This document shows, one piece after another, positions 27,721 through 39,634 of a stretch of 64,000 bases of DNA. Location: contig NC_068982.1 of the NCBI RefSeq assembly GCF_001194135.2, forward strand, positions 164,673,928 to 164,737,927, written 5' to 3'. Each line of letters starts with the position of its first letter. The stretch's first letter is position 1. The notes beneath the pieces are model-generated. The model was not told the DNA's origin. It worked only from the letters and a program-made list of their open reading frames with translations, and searched no databases. The position numbers were made by a program, and so were the translations under genes. The DNA is from Octopus bimaculoides (taxonomy: Eukaryota).

Positions 27721-29249
27721 CAAGCGGTGGTATAAACAGACATGGTGTATGCTCTTGCTACCTCTACCTGACTTTCTAGTCTTAACTTCCTCACAACCCA
27801 TTTCAACTCACCCCAGTTCTTACTATTTATCTGTAGTTTTCATTGATCTTGATCTCATGTAAATTAACGGACTGTTTATCAGCTCCCTAATATCCTATTC
27901 GTCGTCACGTATTTTTTACTAACGTGTTACGTTTTTTCATCATACCACACGGTCTGTTTGTGCACCCTCTTTTTGATTGCTACTGTTACTGTTACTGTTA
28001 CTGGTGCGATTCTTGCTGATACTGCTACTGTTATGACTAATATTGTTTCTATTTGGTTCGCTGTTGTTATAGTTCAATCATCGCAATGTTTATAATGTTA
28101 TTTGTTAGAAGAGGAAAATATCTGTTCATAGAATGACAGAATAGGTCGTTGTTTAGATTCTTAACAGGAATTTTTTTCTGTATCATGCTTTTAGGATTAG
28201 AAGTGAATAAAGTAAGGTTAAATGAGATAAAGACAATTTAGCAAACGGTATATAAATGTTGTATGTTCGAATTCATTAAAGACAGTTAATGCATTTGTGT
28301 AGTACATTTAAAATACATGTTTGCTTGTATAATATACGTTTTCTACATTGTAATACTGATGAACACTGATGTTATCTTCGTTGGGAATAGAAATCATGTA
28401 TTTTGAGGCTATTTCATTAATCGTGACCGATAGCAATTTATTTTTCTGGTAATTCAATATTTGAATGAAGTTAACTATCTAAACGTAGGACATAAACAAT
28501 TATTCCGCAAAGCAAATTTAGAACGTATGTAGTTCGACAATATTGAAACCTGTCAAGAGACAAATACCATTACATATAATGTAAACGCTGCTGATTGCAA
28601 AGCTTTAGAAGCTAAGTTCACTTGATGATTAAAATCACTTAAACATCATGTATTTAGACATCGGCTATTCAATTTTAAAGATGTTCCGTTAAGATTATGT
28701 ATATTGGTCTTCAATTCAAATAATGGAGAATTAGAAACAAAGATAATTTTCTTTAAAAAAGCAGGAAAGAAAAATATGATGCACTCTGGAAGTAGATAAA
28801 CATAGGTGATAATAGTAAGTGTAAGAAGTTTGGTTGCATGGGTTATAATACTACCGATTCGAACAGATTGGATCACTGCAGTTATAGGGAACGAGGAGGT
28901 ACCAAGAATTATAAAAAAATACGTATCTTTCTGAAAATATTTTCTGGGCAACTGAGTAATTAGGTGGCCAAATGAACAATAATTATGTTCATATTGTTGA
29001 TGATGATGGAGATTACTGTGCTAAAAATACTGAACAATAGGATACATTCATAGAAATGCAGTACTATGTTCTAGTAGTTTCACATATGACAATAATATCT
29101 TATTGTTAATACTTAATGTTGCTATCTACTATCAGCAGATAGTACCAGATCACCAAAGAATCAGCTGCTACAGTGAATGCCATTGAAAGGCTGACCACAT
29201 CATTGTCCACAAAGTTCATTGACAACTACTGAAACAACAGCTATTGTTA

Positions 29250-30630
29250 CAGACAGAATGAAGCTTTCAACAGAGCGATAGGTTATCGGTAATGTTATTT
29301 GTAATGGCAGTGAACACCTTGCCAGCCATGTTAACAAAATACCAAGATTGCATGCTGAGAAATGCAAAAAACGATAAAATTAATATCACCTACACATCTT
29401 TTGTTCATGACCTAAAGTTATATTCAGATGACATGCTCATTATTAAGAGACAATTAAAACTCGTCACATTATTCTCACTTGACATAAGAATGGAATTTGG
29501 GCAAGATAAATGCGCATACATATGAGTCAACGGAGAACAGACAGAGAACATGTACATCCATAGCTTGTCTATCACTTTTATCTCGAATGATAAAATCTAC
29601 AAATATCTCACAATCCATGACAATGTTGCATACATTGGATCTGTGACTAAAAACTAGAAAACAAAAGACTATTTATGTAGACTCTGGAAAATATGGAATT
29701 AAGATCTGTTTGCATTTAAAAAGATAATATGCTTTAGTAGTCGCAGTGTTAATACCATCATTTGGAATACTAGACTGGACAATTGACGAGCCCTCAGTGT
29801 GGATATCAAAACTAGAAAAGTGTTTTCTATGCATGCTCTTCAGTATTGGCCAACTATTGTTAGGTACACTGATAATACAACTGTCAAGTGCGACCGTAAT
29901 TGGGCTTGATTTGTCTAACTAAACAAAAGTTTGGAGAAGAAGCAGGCATCGTACCGGCAAAAAGAAATGCATGGGTGCCTATACCCTTAGCTATAGGATA
30001 ACATCAGCTTTGACAAGAGGGTTTGCATCTCCTGGACCTGTGATAGATACATTACATCCCACCAAGAAGTATATACTTTTGCTATTCAAGAGCAGGAGAC
30101 AGCTACTGAGTACCTGATAAACAAGAGCGACAAAAATACCCCAAACATTCATTATAAAAAAGAGAACTGGTGGAATGTCCCAGTATAAACCTCAATAAAA
30201 TATAAACACAACAGCCCTGACGTAGTGATTTAGGTTAGAGAAGAGAAACGGCGTACAGCTGTGAAAATCAGCTGCCCGTCAGATGTTAACATAAAGCTAA
30301 ATATCAGCAAAAAAGAAAATGCCTATGCCGAGCAATTGAGAAATCTCTAGTTACTCTATTAAGATTACATGTTCAGTTTTATACCTGTAACAACTGGGGC
30401 CCTGAGATATGTAACACACTGCATAAATACCAATGCTGAGAAATTAGGCTCCTCAAAACCAAGCAGGATAAAGCTGATTCGAAGACAACAGATCCAGTCC
30501 ATCACTGGAACTGTATAAGTCTGTAAAACTTTCCAGGAGTTTATCATTTAAGTATATATGAGCATCTCTAGATATGCAACTATATGCATCAGAATGAATA
30601 CATAAAATAAGACATACAAACCTACACATA
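29250..30630 (+). mobile_element. Non-LTR retrotransposon relic, R4/Dong/NeSL type (RT plus restriction-like endonuclease), internally deleted
   Basis: LFVMAVN..HDLKLY..DIRMEFGQDKCA, PSFGILDWT, and HNSPDVVI..KISCP..K (PD-D/ExK-like). Stop at ~30550, then 3' UTR. Confidence 0.88.
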
Positions 30631-30645
30631 TACATACATACATAC

Positions 30646-30836
30646 TGTTGTGTGTACGCCCTAGGCGATAAGTAGGCTACTTCAATACCTATAAATAGCT
30701 AGACGAAAAGCGTCGAGCAGAAAGCAAGAACGGAAGAGCGAGACGGAGCCGTCGGTAGACTAGACGTCGAGTTTGTTAGAGCCGAGTCGCTGGAAGTGAG
30801 AGTTGAGTAGAGGTCATCCGCACGTACGATATTACA
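30646..30836 (+). mobile_element. Candidate solo LTR (191 bp)
   Basis: TGT...ACA ends, CATAC on both flanks, internal TATAAATA (30690-30697), CpG-rich within AT-rich surroundings. The flanks are (CATA)n, so the TSD is weak evidence. Confidence 0.5.
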
Positions 30837-30970
30837 CATACATACATAAATACATACATACATACATACATACATAGATACATACATACATGAGTACATA
30901 CATACATGTATGTGTATAGANNNNNNNNNNCATACATACATGAGTACATACATACATGTATGTGTATAGA

Positions 30971-31004
<34 letters not shown>

Positions 31005-33020
31005 TAACACAGACGATAAGTAGATCGATAGATGCAGATCGTGAGTATAGCTATGTTCTCTTTCTTTGAAGGAGTAGAGATGCATATGTGCAGAGAGAAG
31101 GAAGCTCAAGAAAAAAATATATATATATGGAAAAAAGTGACTTGAAGCAGGATATCATAATTTATAGGTTTGTTTCATTGAGAATAATTAATTAGAGGTA
31201 GTAAATTTGGCTCAGTAGACGTGAAAGTCTATTGAAACATGTCAAATATTGACAATATTTGTCAAAAACCTAGAAAGACTGTCATTTATATCATAGTGAT
31301 ACGCATCTTTTCAAAAACTGCACTTGGAAACCATTCCAATGCATAACCTTTCTGCAAAAATTCGTGACACCAGGTTAAGTACGGAAATATTACTAATATC
31401 TGAAAATATTAAAAATCTCATAAAGCTTAAATAGTTTTGGAGAACAATGTTTAACAAAATTTGGTAATCTTAGACAAAAAGTTCTTGTCCGAAGTTTGAA
31501 CGTGAATGATCAATTTCAGAACTCGTTCGATAGCAATACAATACACCACATTGGAATTACACCTCTTTTAAGTAATATACCATAATATCTAACTTTTTAG
31601 ATGGAATGATTTAGTAAAGTGATAATTATCATACGATTATTAGAAAAGCTAGCAAGTTTAAACGATTATATGCACATTTGTATTTCTACTTATTGTTATG
31701 AATATTTAAGTAAAGTTTGGTAATATTTTAATGAAAACATTTGAGACCACTAATAATATATAAAGCGGCATATATTCTACTTTACTTTTCACATACATTT
31801 GTTTAGTTTACTGAATAACAGCAGCGATAATATCATCAACAACAAATACAACATTATTAAGATAAAATACACATTATAACTTTAGATTCATAAATATATA
31901 TGCAGAGTATAGAACGTATAATTAAATTAATGCAAAATGCTTGACGTATTTGTCAAATTTTAGAAGATGCAAAGACGCTGATGCAAGTACTTTGTAATAT
32001 TCCATTATGTATACTATAAAACGTGACCTGTTTCACTATCAATCGAGTGTATTGTCATTTTCATCTAATTAATTTATCTTTTATACAGATTTATAAGTGC
32101 CATGTTCGGTAGCAAATTAGGTTTCTTATGATGTATGAATTCAATCTGAAAAGCAAATTACTTAAAGCGATCATAAAGATAAACACGGCATTTGGGCATC
32201 GCTTCTGAATGTGCCATTTAACACTGCTGTATGGCGTTCATGTGAAGAGATTAAGACAGCAAATGAAACTATAGAGGTGACGATCATACAAACTTAAATA
32301 TCACGCGAATTCATACCGGAGATGAAGCCGATGTGCTTTGTAGAATGTTATAGAAGTTCTGCTTGATCAATGAAGCGTTGAACGGCATTTAGGTAACCTG
32401 AAATGTTTGGGACAAGCTCTCAGGAACTGATCGTGAAAAACCAAATGTGCTGAAAGGAAAATTGAATGCAGATTTTATGATAATAATTCATTCTTGGAGA
32501 TATTAACACCGACCATCTAAAGTGGGTTATAATAATTGATAACAAAGTACAATAAAGTGAGGAACAAATCACAGGGTTCATCTGATGATTAAATGTATGA
32601 ATATATACACTAAATTTTAATTGAATAGTGATTGTGTCAGTATATAGATACCATGAAATGTAAGTTCATATCCCTCTGTTTCTATATCTATGTATCTATA
32701 TATATTTGAGGGAGCATACCTAATTATCTGCATATAAATGGAGATATATATCTATATCAATATATATGTATACACACACGTACACACACGCATACACATA
32801 CACACCTATATATACATACAGAGAAAAAGAAAAGGTAGTTAATTAGTTAGCTTAATAGATAAATAGAAAGAAATATATGCATATACTACGTACATGCATA
32901 CATTATAAACATATACATATACATAAGTAAATGCATATATCAGACATCTGTGTATGTGTTTGTATATGTGCGGGTGTGAGTGTATGTGTGTGTATGTGTG
33001 TTTTTGTAGAATCGAAAATA

Positions 33021-34993
33021 GGGGTGGAATCAAAATGTTTCCGCAGTAGTTCTGTAACGCGCCAACGGATGGCAGCACACGGTTCCATGTGAGGTGAGAG
33101 CTAACAGTGACCTTCATGGGGTAGTGTGCCGAGTGACACTCCTGGGTTTACTACGCAAGTTGTGAAATTTGTGTTCTTGTGATCACGTGTATGCTGTAGC
33201 TCACTATTTTTGTCATGGAACAAAGAGCTAACGCGAAATTTTTCTTTAAACGTGGGGAGTCTGCTACAGAGGCAATGAGCATGCTTCGGCAAGCTTACAG
33301 CGACGAGGCATTGGGTTGTACGCAATGTCTGGAGCTACGGGTGCTTCAAAAACAGATAACATTCCTGGAAGACGAAGAGCGATCTACAAGATCTACCACG
33401 AGCGTCACCCCCCCCCCCCACGAAAATATGGAAAGAAATGCAGCAGCTTGTGCATGAGGATTGTCGGAGGATAATCAATGACGTTTTGAAGCGTTTAAGG
33501 AGGACATTTGTGGTCGGCAACTAGTAATAATGGTACACCTCTCCCACGTGACAAATGGAATAACCTAGTCACTGTTGGTAAAGAGATTACGTAGTAGGCA
33601 GTCGGAGATAGCTATGTATTGTACTGGTTTTATTAAGTATACTGTATACCGAAGTGGGTGTTATAACAATCAAAGATTTTAACGATATAACAATGGCGAA
33701 GTTGATTTAAATAACTCACGAAGAATTAATAAACTCGAAGAGGATTTAAACAACAACAACAACAACAACAACAGCAACAGCGGATACAATTGCTGATACA
33801 ACAATAACAGTAGATACAACTGCAAGAGCAACAATAGAAGTAGCAACAACAAATAATAATACAGCAACAAATGCTGCAATTACTGAAGTTGTCAGGAAAG
33901 TCAGAAAAAGTGTTCCCGTCACACTATGTCGTGAATTCCATAAGAGAGTTGAAATACGAACCTGGCGAAAGAGTTACCTTCAACGCATACAACAGAAGAT
34001 ATGAACAAATCTTCTAGAAAGAATGTAAAGATTGGGATGACGAGATGAGAACGCGCTTAATCTTGAGAAAACAGGCGGCAACAGAACATGAACGATACAA
34101 TAATTATGTACTCCCAAGAAAACATTCGGATATACACTTTAATGACACAACAGAGAATATTGTGTTAAATTTTCAGTGAAAAAAGCTCATTGTTTAAGGT
34201 ACGTTGGAAGTGTCTGAACATAGAAAGAAACAACAACGCGGACTACATCACATTTGCTGGTAGAGTAAACAGGGAATGCGAGAAGTTTAAGCTGGACGAA
34301 TTAACGCCAGATATGTTCAAATATCGGATTTTTACGGAGGGATTTTCTACCGAAAGGGACGCAGAAGTTAGAACTCAAAAGAACGGAGTTGGGGTGAATG
34401 AAAAAATTACTGCTAAATAAAATGACACTACCTAAGAAAAATTTAAAAGGGAAGATGTTGCAGAGAGTTAGTAATAATGGTACACCCACCCATGTAACAA
34501 ATGTAATAACCTAGTCCCTATAAATAAAGAGCGTACGTAGTAGGTGCGAGATAGTCGTGTCTTAACTGTTTTAATTAAGTATACAGTATATCGAAGTGGG
34601 TGTTATAACAATCCAACATTGTAAGGATTATAACAACATTGAGCAAAATCGACCGGATCTGTGGAATGCGAAGAATTAGATTCTTCACGCGCTCTCCACA
34701 CTCGTGGGTTTCTCGCCAAAAGCAACATGGTACCGCTTCTGCACCCGCCCTATGCACTAGATTTTGCACCTGCGAACTTCCATCTCTTTCTGAAGATGAA
34801 ATGCATAGGTTGCCGTTTCAACACCGTTATCGAGACTTCCTTACTGAAAGCGACTTCCAGGCCGGATTCCAAAAATTGCAAGAACGCTGTGATCGGTATA
34901 CTGCGCAATATCGACGGTAATGATTTTAAAACTTAGTTAAATATATTATTTTTATTAAATATAATAATCGGGGTACTTTTTGATGCCACCTCG
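33021..34993 (+). mobile_element. Mariner transposon relic split by an LTR element
   Basis: MEQRANAKFFFKRGESATE..LEDEERS (33215 onward) and HPPYALDFAPANFHLF (~34740). Inverted ends GGGGTGGAATCAAAATG and CTTTTTGATGCCACCTCG, each flanked by TA. Confidence 0.88.
33509..34635 (+). mobile_element. Internally deleted Gypsy-type LTR retrotransposon (gag-only)
   Basis: LTRs 33509-33692 and 34456-34635, both TG..CA. 5-bp TSD ACATT (33504-33508, 34636-34640). PBS-like TGGCGAAG, PPT AAAAGGGAAGA. Gag-like peptide FKVRWKCLN...FAGRVNRECEKFKL. Confidence 0.88.
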
Positions 34994-35435
34994 TATATTG
35001 CATACAAACATCGTTGGGCAAAATATGAATGCGCAATAGCTTATTTCATGTACCAGAAAGTAATGGATCTCTTCTCTGAAATGATAATAAACTATGTATG
35101 TACCATAAAAAACAATTCTGGAGACTACTTGCATTTCCCCAGTAGGCATTCACTAGACTAGTAGCTATCGACCATGCCCATATATACGTAAGCTCTAGAA
35201 GTACACAATATTTAAAACTGAGATAAAAGGTATCTTTTATCTTATATCATTGAAGAGTTTAGTCAAACAGATCAACACCACTACTTATTCTATTGACGTG
35301 TTTTGCCGAACCACTAAGTTGCAGGGAAGTAAACAAACCAGCACTGGTATTAAAGCGGTAGTGGGAGACAAAGGTAAGCGCGCGCACACATACATCTATC
35401 TCTCTCTCTCCCCGTATATTTATATGTATAATAGT

Positions 35436-35582
35436 GAGAGATTCGATGGGCTTCTTCCAGTTTCCGTCCACCAAATCTACTCTCAAGGCCTTGGTCTGCA
35501 CAGGGTCATAGTAGAAGACACGTATGAAGGTGCCACACAGTAGGACTGAACCCTGAACGGTGTGGTTAGGAAGCAAACGTCA
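35436..35582 (-). mobile_element. tRNA-derived SINE (second family)
   Basis: Reverse-complement relative of 53800-53960 ('ccagtttccgtccaccaaatctactc...aaggtgccacacagtaggactgaacc'). Confidence 0.8.
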
Positions 35583-35599
35583 AACTAAATGATTGTTGT

Positions 35600-38500
35600 T
35601 TTGTCTTAATATCAGCCAGTGAAGGCGTCATACCTTTTGCAGCAACATGGTATATTGCATGGGGTATATAACAAATATTCTCCATGAACAACATTATAAA
35701 ATTTGAAGTCTTACATAATGAAATAAATTTTATATTCTAAAAGAAAATAATGAATGTCATGTGTTAAGGGAATCAATGAACATTTACTGGATTTAATTAT
35801 GACCGCTACATTATTGAATTTCGGGGTTAAGAATGTCTAATTGAAATTGAAATAATGAATTGCTATGTGATTTTTGATAAGATAAAAGTTTTACGATATT
35901 GCAGGAAGGACAATACGAAATTTATTCTTAGAAATTAGTACAGTAAATATTATCATATTACAAATAAAGTGAAACTCTAGCATTGAACGAACCGAAAATT
36001 CCCCCCACATGTTAAATGATACTACAAAAATATAAAAGAAAAGATAAAGAGATAAGGAATCTTGTAGTGTACTATCAAAAAAGAGATATATTGTTTTATG
36101 ATGTTACCTGCACTTAAATAATTCCAAAATTTCGATTCCTTCTAATTTCATGTCACATAAATGAAATGATTCACCGCTGTGAGTATTACAATGCTGTTTT
36201 TTTTTTTACTTTTGTGTCCATTAGCTAGGTCTGCAAGAATTAGAATTAATTGAAATAATAAAATTATATGAGAGTATTAAATAAAATGCATAATTATTTG
36301 TATGACGGAGTGGTATATGCATATAACTCGACATTACTTAATACAATACACCATGAAGTAATTCCTGCCATCTCAAATAATTCTGGGGCTATAACACCGT
36401 GAAGGAATATGTAGTTGATACCGGTTATGAATTATTGAACCAAGAAATAGCCAGCACTTCGGTTACCTTGTCATCTAGTCTGGATAGGATCTAGGTTTGG
36501 TTTTTTTTTAATTGAAAATACCGGTAAATTCGTATCTATTAAATCCTACTCAATGAAATGAGGGTGAGTGTCAACGATGCAGAAAAAAAAACACTCTCTT
36601 GATTTAACAAAGTGTATATAATGGCGTCTACACAATTCTCGATGTTTCAAGTTTTAATGATGGAGGGAGTATGAAATAATACGAGGCCCACACTTCAATT
36701 GGGAATCTCTCTTAATTTCCTCTATTTATATGTAGTCTTATCAATTTCAGGTCCTGCATGTCTTTCACTGAGCTTTTATTGAAAGGTTCCTCTCTGTATC
36801 TACGTCGTTATTTTGTGTCATGTAAGATAGCAATTCTTTCTTTTCTTTTTGCAAGCCCAATTGTCGACGTCCGTAGTTATTTGTTGTTACGAATGGAGTT
36901 GTAAAACTTTTCGGTGTTGTTGTAATTGTGATTGTTGTTGCATTTGTGTATTTGTCTCTTAAGGTTTCTCACTCTTTTTTATTTCCTTTTAAATTTTTTC
37001 AGTGTTTGACTCCCCCACACCCTTATCATTATTAAATGAATGTACGGTTAACATCTAAACAGTAACAAAATCCAAAATAACCAATAGAAGAGAAGCAGCA
37101 CCAACAACAAAAACTACTGCGTGCGGTAGTTTTTTTGAGGTCACCTCTATGAAGAAGTCTAAATATCTTCTAAATTATTATTTTTTTTCTTTGCTTTTCA
37201 GACAAGTAATGCCAGACATCATATTGTCTCAGCAAATGAAAAGGCAGGCGGTAATCGTTTCCTTAAAAACGCAGCATAGTGATACAGAGATAACTTGCTT
37301 TCTGAACGTTGCCCGATTCTTCGTTGTCAAAGTTCGAAAGGAGTTGGGAGCTGCAGATGAGAATCCAAATCAGCAGCTAAACGTGAAGCGCATACACATA
37401 ACTTAGAGCAAAATGTTCAAGAAATACACGATGAATATCCTGGAAAGTCAATCAGAGCCATTACAAAGGACCTCAAGTTTTAAGAATGCACCATTACAAG
37501 ATCTGTGCACAATGACATCTGGTACAAGTCGTATATGTCGCAAAGGGATCAGTTTATGCTGGATGTGACAGAGAAGATTTGTTCTATCCATGCAAAGCCC
37601 TTGCTACATAAGTTAAAACTAGGGAGGATGTAATGATGTGGCTTTTTATGCGAAAGACTTAAATGAGGACCTAAAGGTAAACCGAAGGAACGCCAGATGG
37701 TTATGCAGATGTCCGAATGAGGTTGCAACAGTCATGCATATTAAGTTCCCAGCAACTGTGATTGCTCTGGGAGTAGTCAACAACGATGTAGAAGTCATAC
37801 CTCCTCATTTACTTTTCACAAGGCTTAATAGCCAATATCGCTATGTACAGAAGAATTCGAGTAAGTTGTGAGGCTCTGGTTAAACGGAGTACGCAACGAA
37901 AGACTGTAAGACTTTCATAAGGACTTTCAGCCGTCTCATAAAGTTAGGAAACCCAAGCTTCGATGCGTGCCAATTCCTATAATCATGTTCTCCCAGAGAT
38001 ATGGCCTCCTAGCTCACCAGATCTCGAGTCACTAGATTACGAGGCTTAGACGGGAGACGTCAATCAACAACCCTATAACATCACACAATCTCTCAAAACA
38101 GCTAAAGAAAACCTTTCAAAAATGTTATAAGCTCCCACCGCAGATAAACAGCCACAGATGCACAAGAATGCTCACCTTTCCCCTTAGTTACTACAGACGT
38201 CCCTGAATAAATTGCTTTGTCGAGTGACGAAATCGAAGCGAGAATAAAAACAAAATTGTGACAAGGAAAGGGATCGAACAACGCAAAACCACTATAAGGT
38301 GAGAACTGACTGATTCAAACGGGGTCGAGATGTTCTCCATGCGCAAAACACAGCTAATTCACCACAATCTTAACTGCAATAAAATTTGATAAAACAACAG
38401 CACAAACAATAACAACTGAAAGCAGATATCTCATACTCTACCACAACCAGAATAGAAATGAAGATGATCAATAAGCACGGTTTGTCGCAAGATTAAGGAC

Positions 38501-39050
38501 AGCAAATGTAAGGCGGCATCCAAATAAACTTCAGCTCTACAGGAAAGTGCAACTGTTACAAAAAATAAAAACAGAAAGAAAGAGAAGGAAAATCTTATTA
38601 ATCTAGCTTCCTGGGGAATTTTTAAAATGCAGAGAAATAAACGATCAATCTCTAAGGTTAAAAATATGCCTTAACTGTAAAGTTTATTACCAGAATTTGC
38701 ACTCATTACGGCATGTACTTTATTATAGTAGAAAACACGAGAACAAGAGCAAATTCTAAATATTAATAACGATTTCTCACAGAGATGCATGGCTGCAAAA
38801 TTGGAAAGAAGAAAGTGGGTTATATGGGCATTAGTCCTTGATTGATACACATATTTTTAATACCAGAAGAAAGGAGATCTTTGATGGCGGAATTTGAAAG
38901 TATAATATACAGTGACGCAACTGCGTACCATAAACCTTTTACCAATCATCTAGAAAGAACCATTAGCATTATGAATACATTATATTGAGTAATTGTTTAC
39001 ATAATCGTAGTGCATTTTGTTTTTTACTACCTTTGGTTCGTACATGTTTA
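35600..39050 (+). pseudogene. Decayed TLR-like pseudogene, copy C2, split by a maT relic
   Basis: Shares DNA words with C1: TTAATTATGACCG, AATACAATACACCA, AGATTAAGGACAGCAAATG (38490-38508 vs 32248-32265) and AAAGTGGGTTATA. RLKICL (38655-38672) then LPEFALI and SRK resemble TIR box 2. Confidence 0.5.
37209..38110 (+). mobile_element. maT/DD37D-like transposase relic
   Basis: KRQAVIVSL, RRNARWL, HIKFPATVIALGVV..VIPPH and WPPSSPDLESLDY. Frameshifted. Confidence 0.8.
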
Positions 39051-39634
39051 ATAAATTCAGCAATAAATTCAATGTTCAAATTCAGTTAGTAACTGAATAT
39101 GCATCTGATACAAGACAATAACAATAAAACTTTGAAATATATTGGTGACGATGCAGATTTTATAGTTTATAATGGAAAGCTGTTATGCTTGTTTTATTTT
39201 AGTCTAATTATGGCAACTAAAGTACCTTTATTTTGATATTGTGGAAGGATTACGTATTTGAAAATCTATTTTCATTTTAAATAATTAAGTGTATATAATT
39301 TCGTAAAAATTATATAACGTAACGAGAGTTGCCTTAATGATCGTTGTCTACTGGGATCTATGTAATCTTCAAAATTTATGATTTATATGCTCAACACAAT
39401 TTCACAACAGTTACCCTACATGTGTCAATATGCAGTTTGTATTCAATTGAACATAAACATCATCATTATAATTAATCATGCAAATGATGTAAAACTGAAA
39501 GACATAGCAAGCCTTGTTCAATTAAATGTTTAAATGATATATACTTCTCTATGTCAAATATTTGCGAATAATGTGAGAGAGGTTTTCACATATAACTTCA
39601 ATAAGTATGCATCGATTTTTTTTTTATGTCTGAA

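Larger units (their letters stand above)
28185..32640 (+). pseudogene. Decayed TLR-like pseudogene, copy C1, interrupted by a LINE and a putative solo LTR
   Basis: DNA paralogy to 39635-42700 and 38490-38900. LRR-like KNLERLSF and FDSNTIHHI (31526-31552). TM-like ~32040-32100. KYHANSY (32296-32316), KFCL (32354) and FILGD (32487) are TIR-like. Confidence 0.6.

Noticed and set aside
28646-28951. Minus-strand ORF with NIHNLNGTSLKL conserved in both paralogues, suggestive of an ionotropic-receptor motif
   Set aside because: This antisense frame shares third-codon positions with the + frame, so apparent synonymy is expected. The rest of the block fits LRR-TM-TIR on the + strand.
30881-30970. Exact 40-bp direct repeat flanking a 10-N gap
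   Set aside because: Typical unmerged contig overlap, i.e. an assembly artefact.
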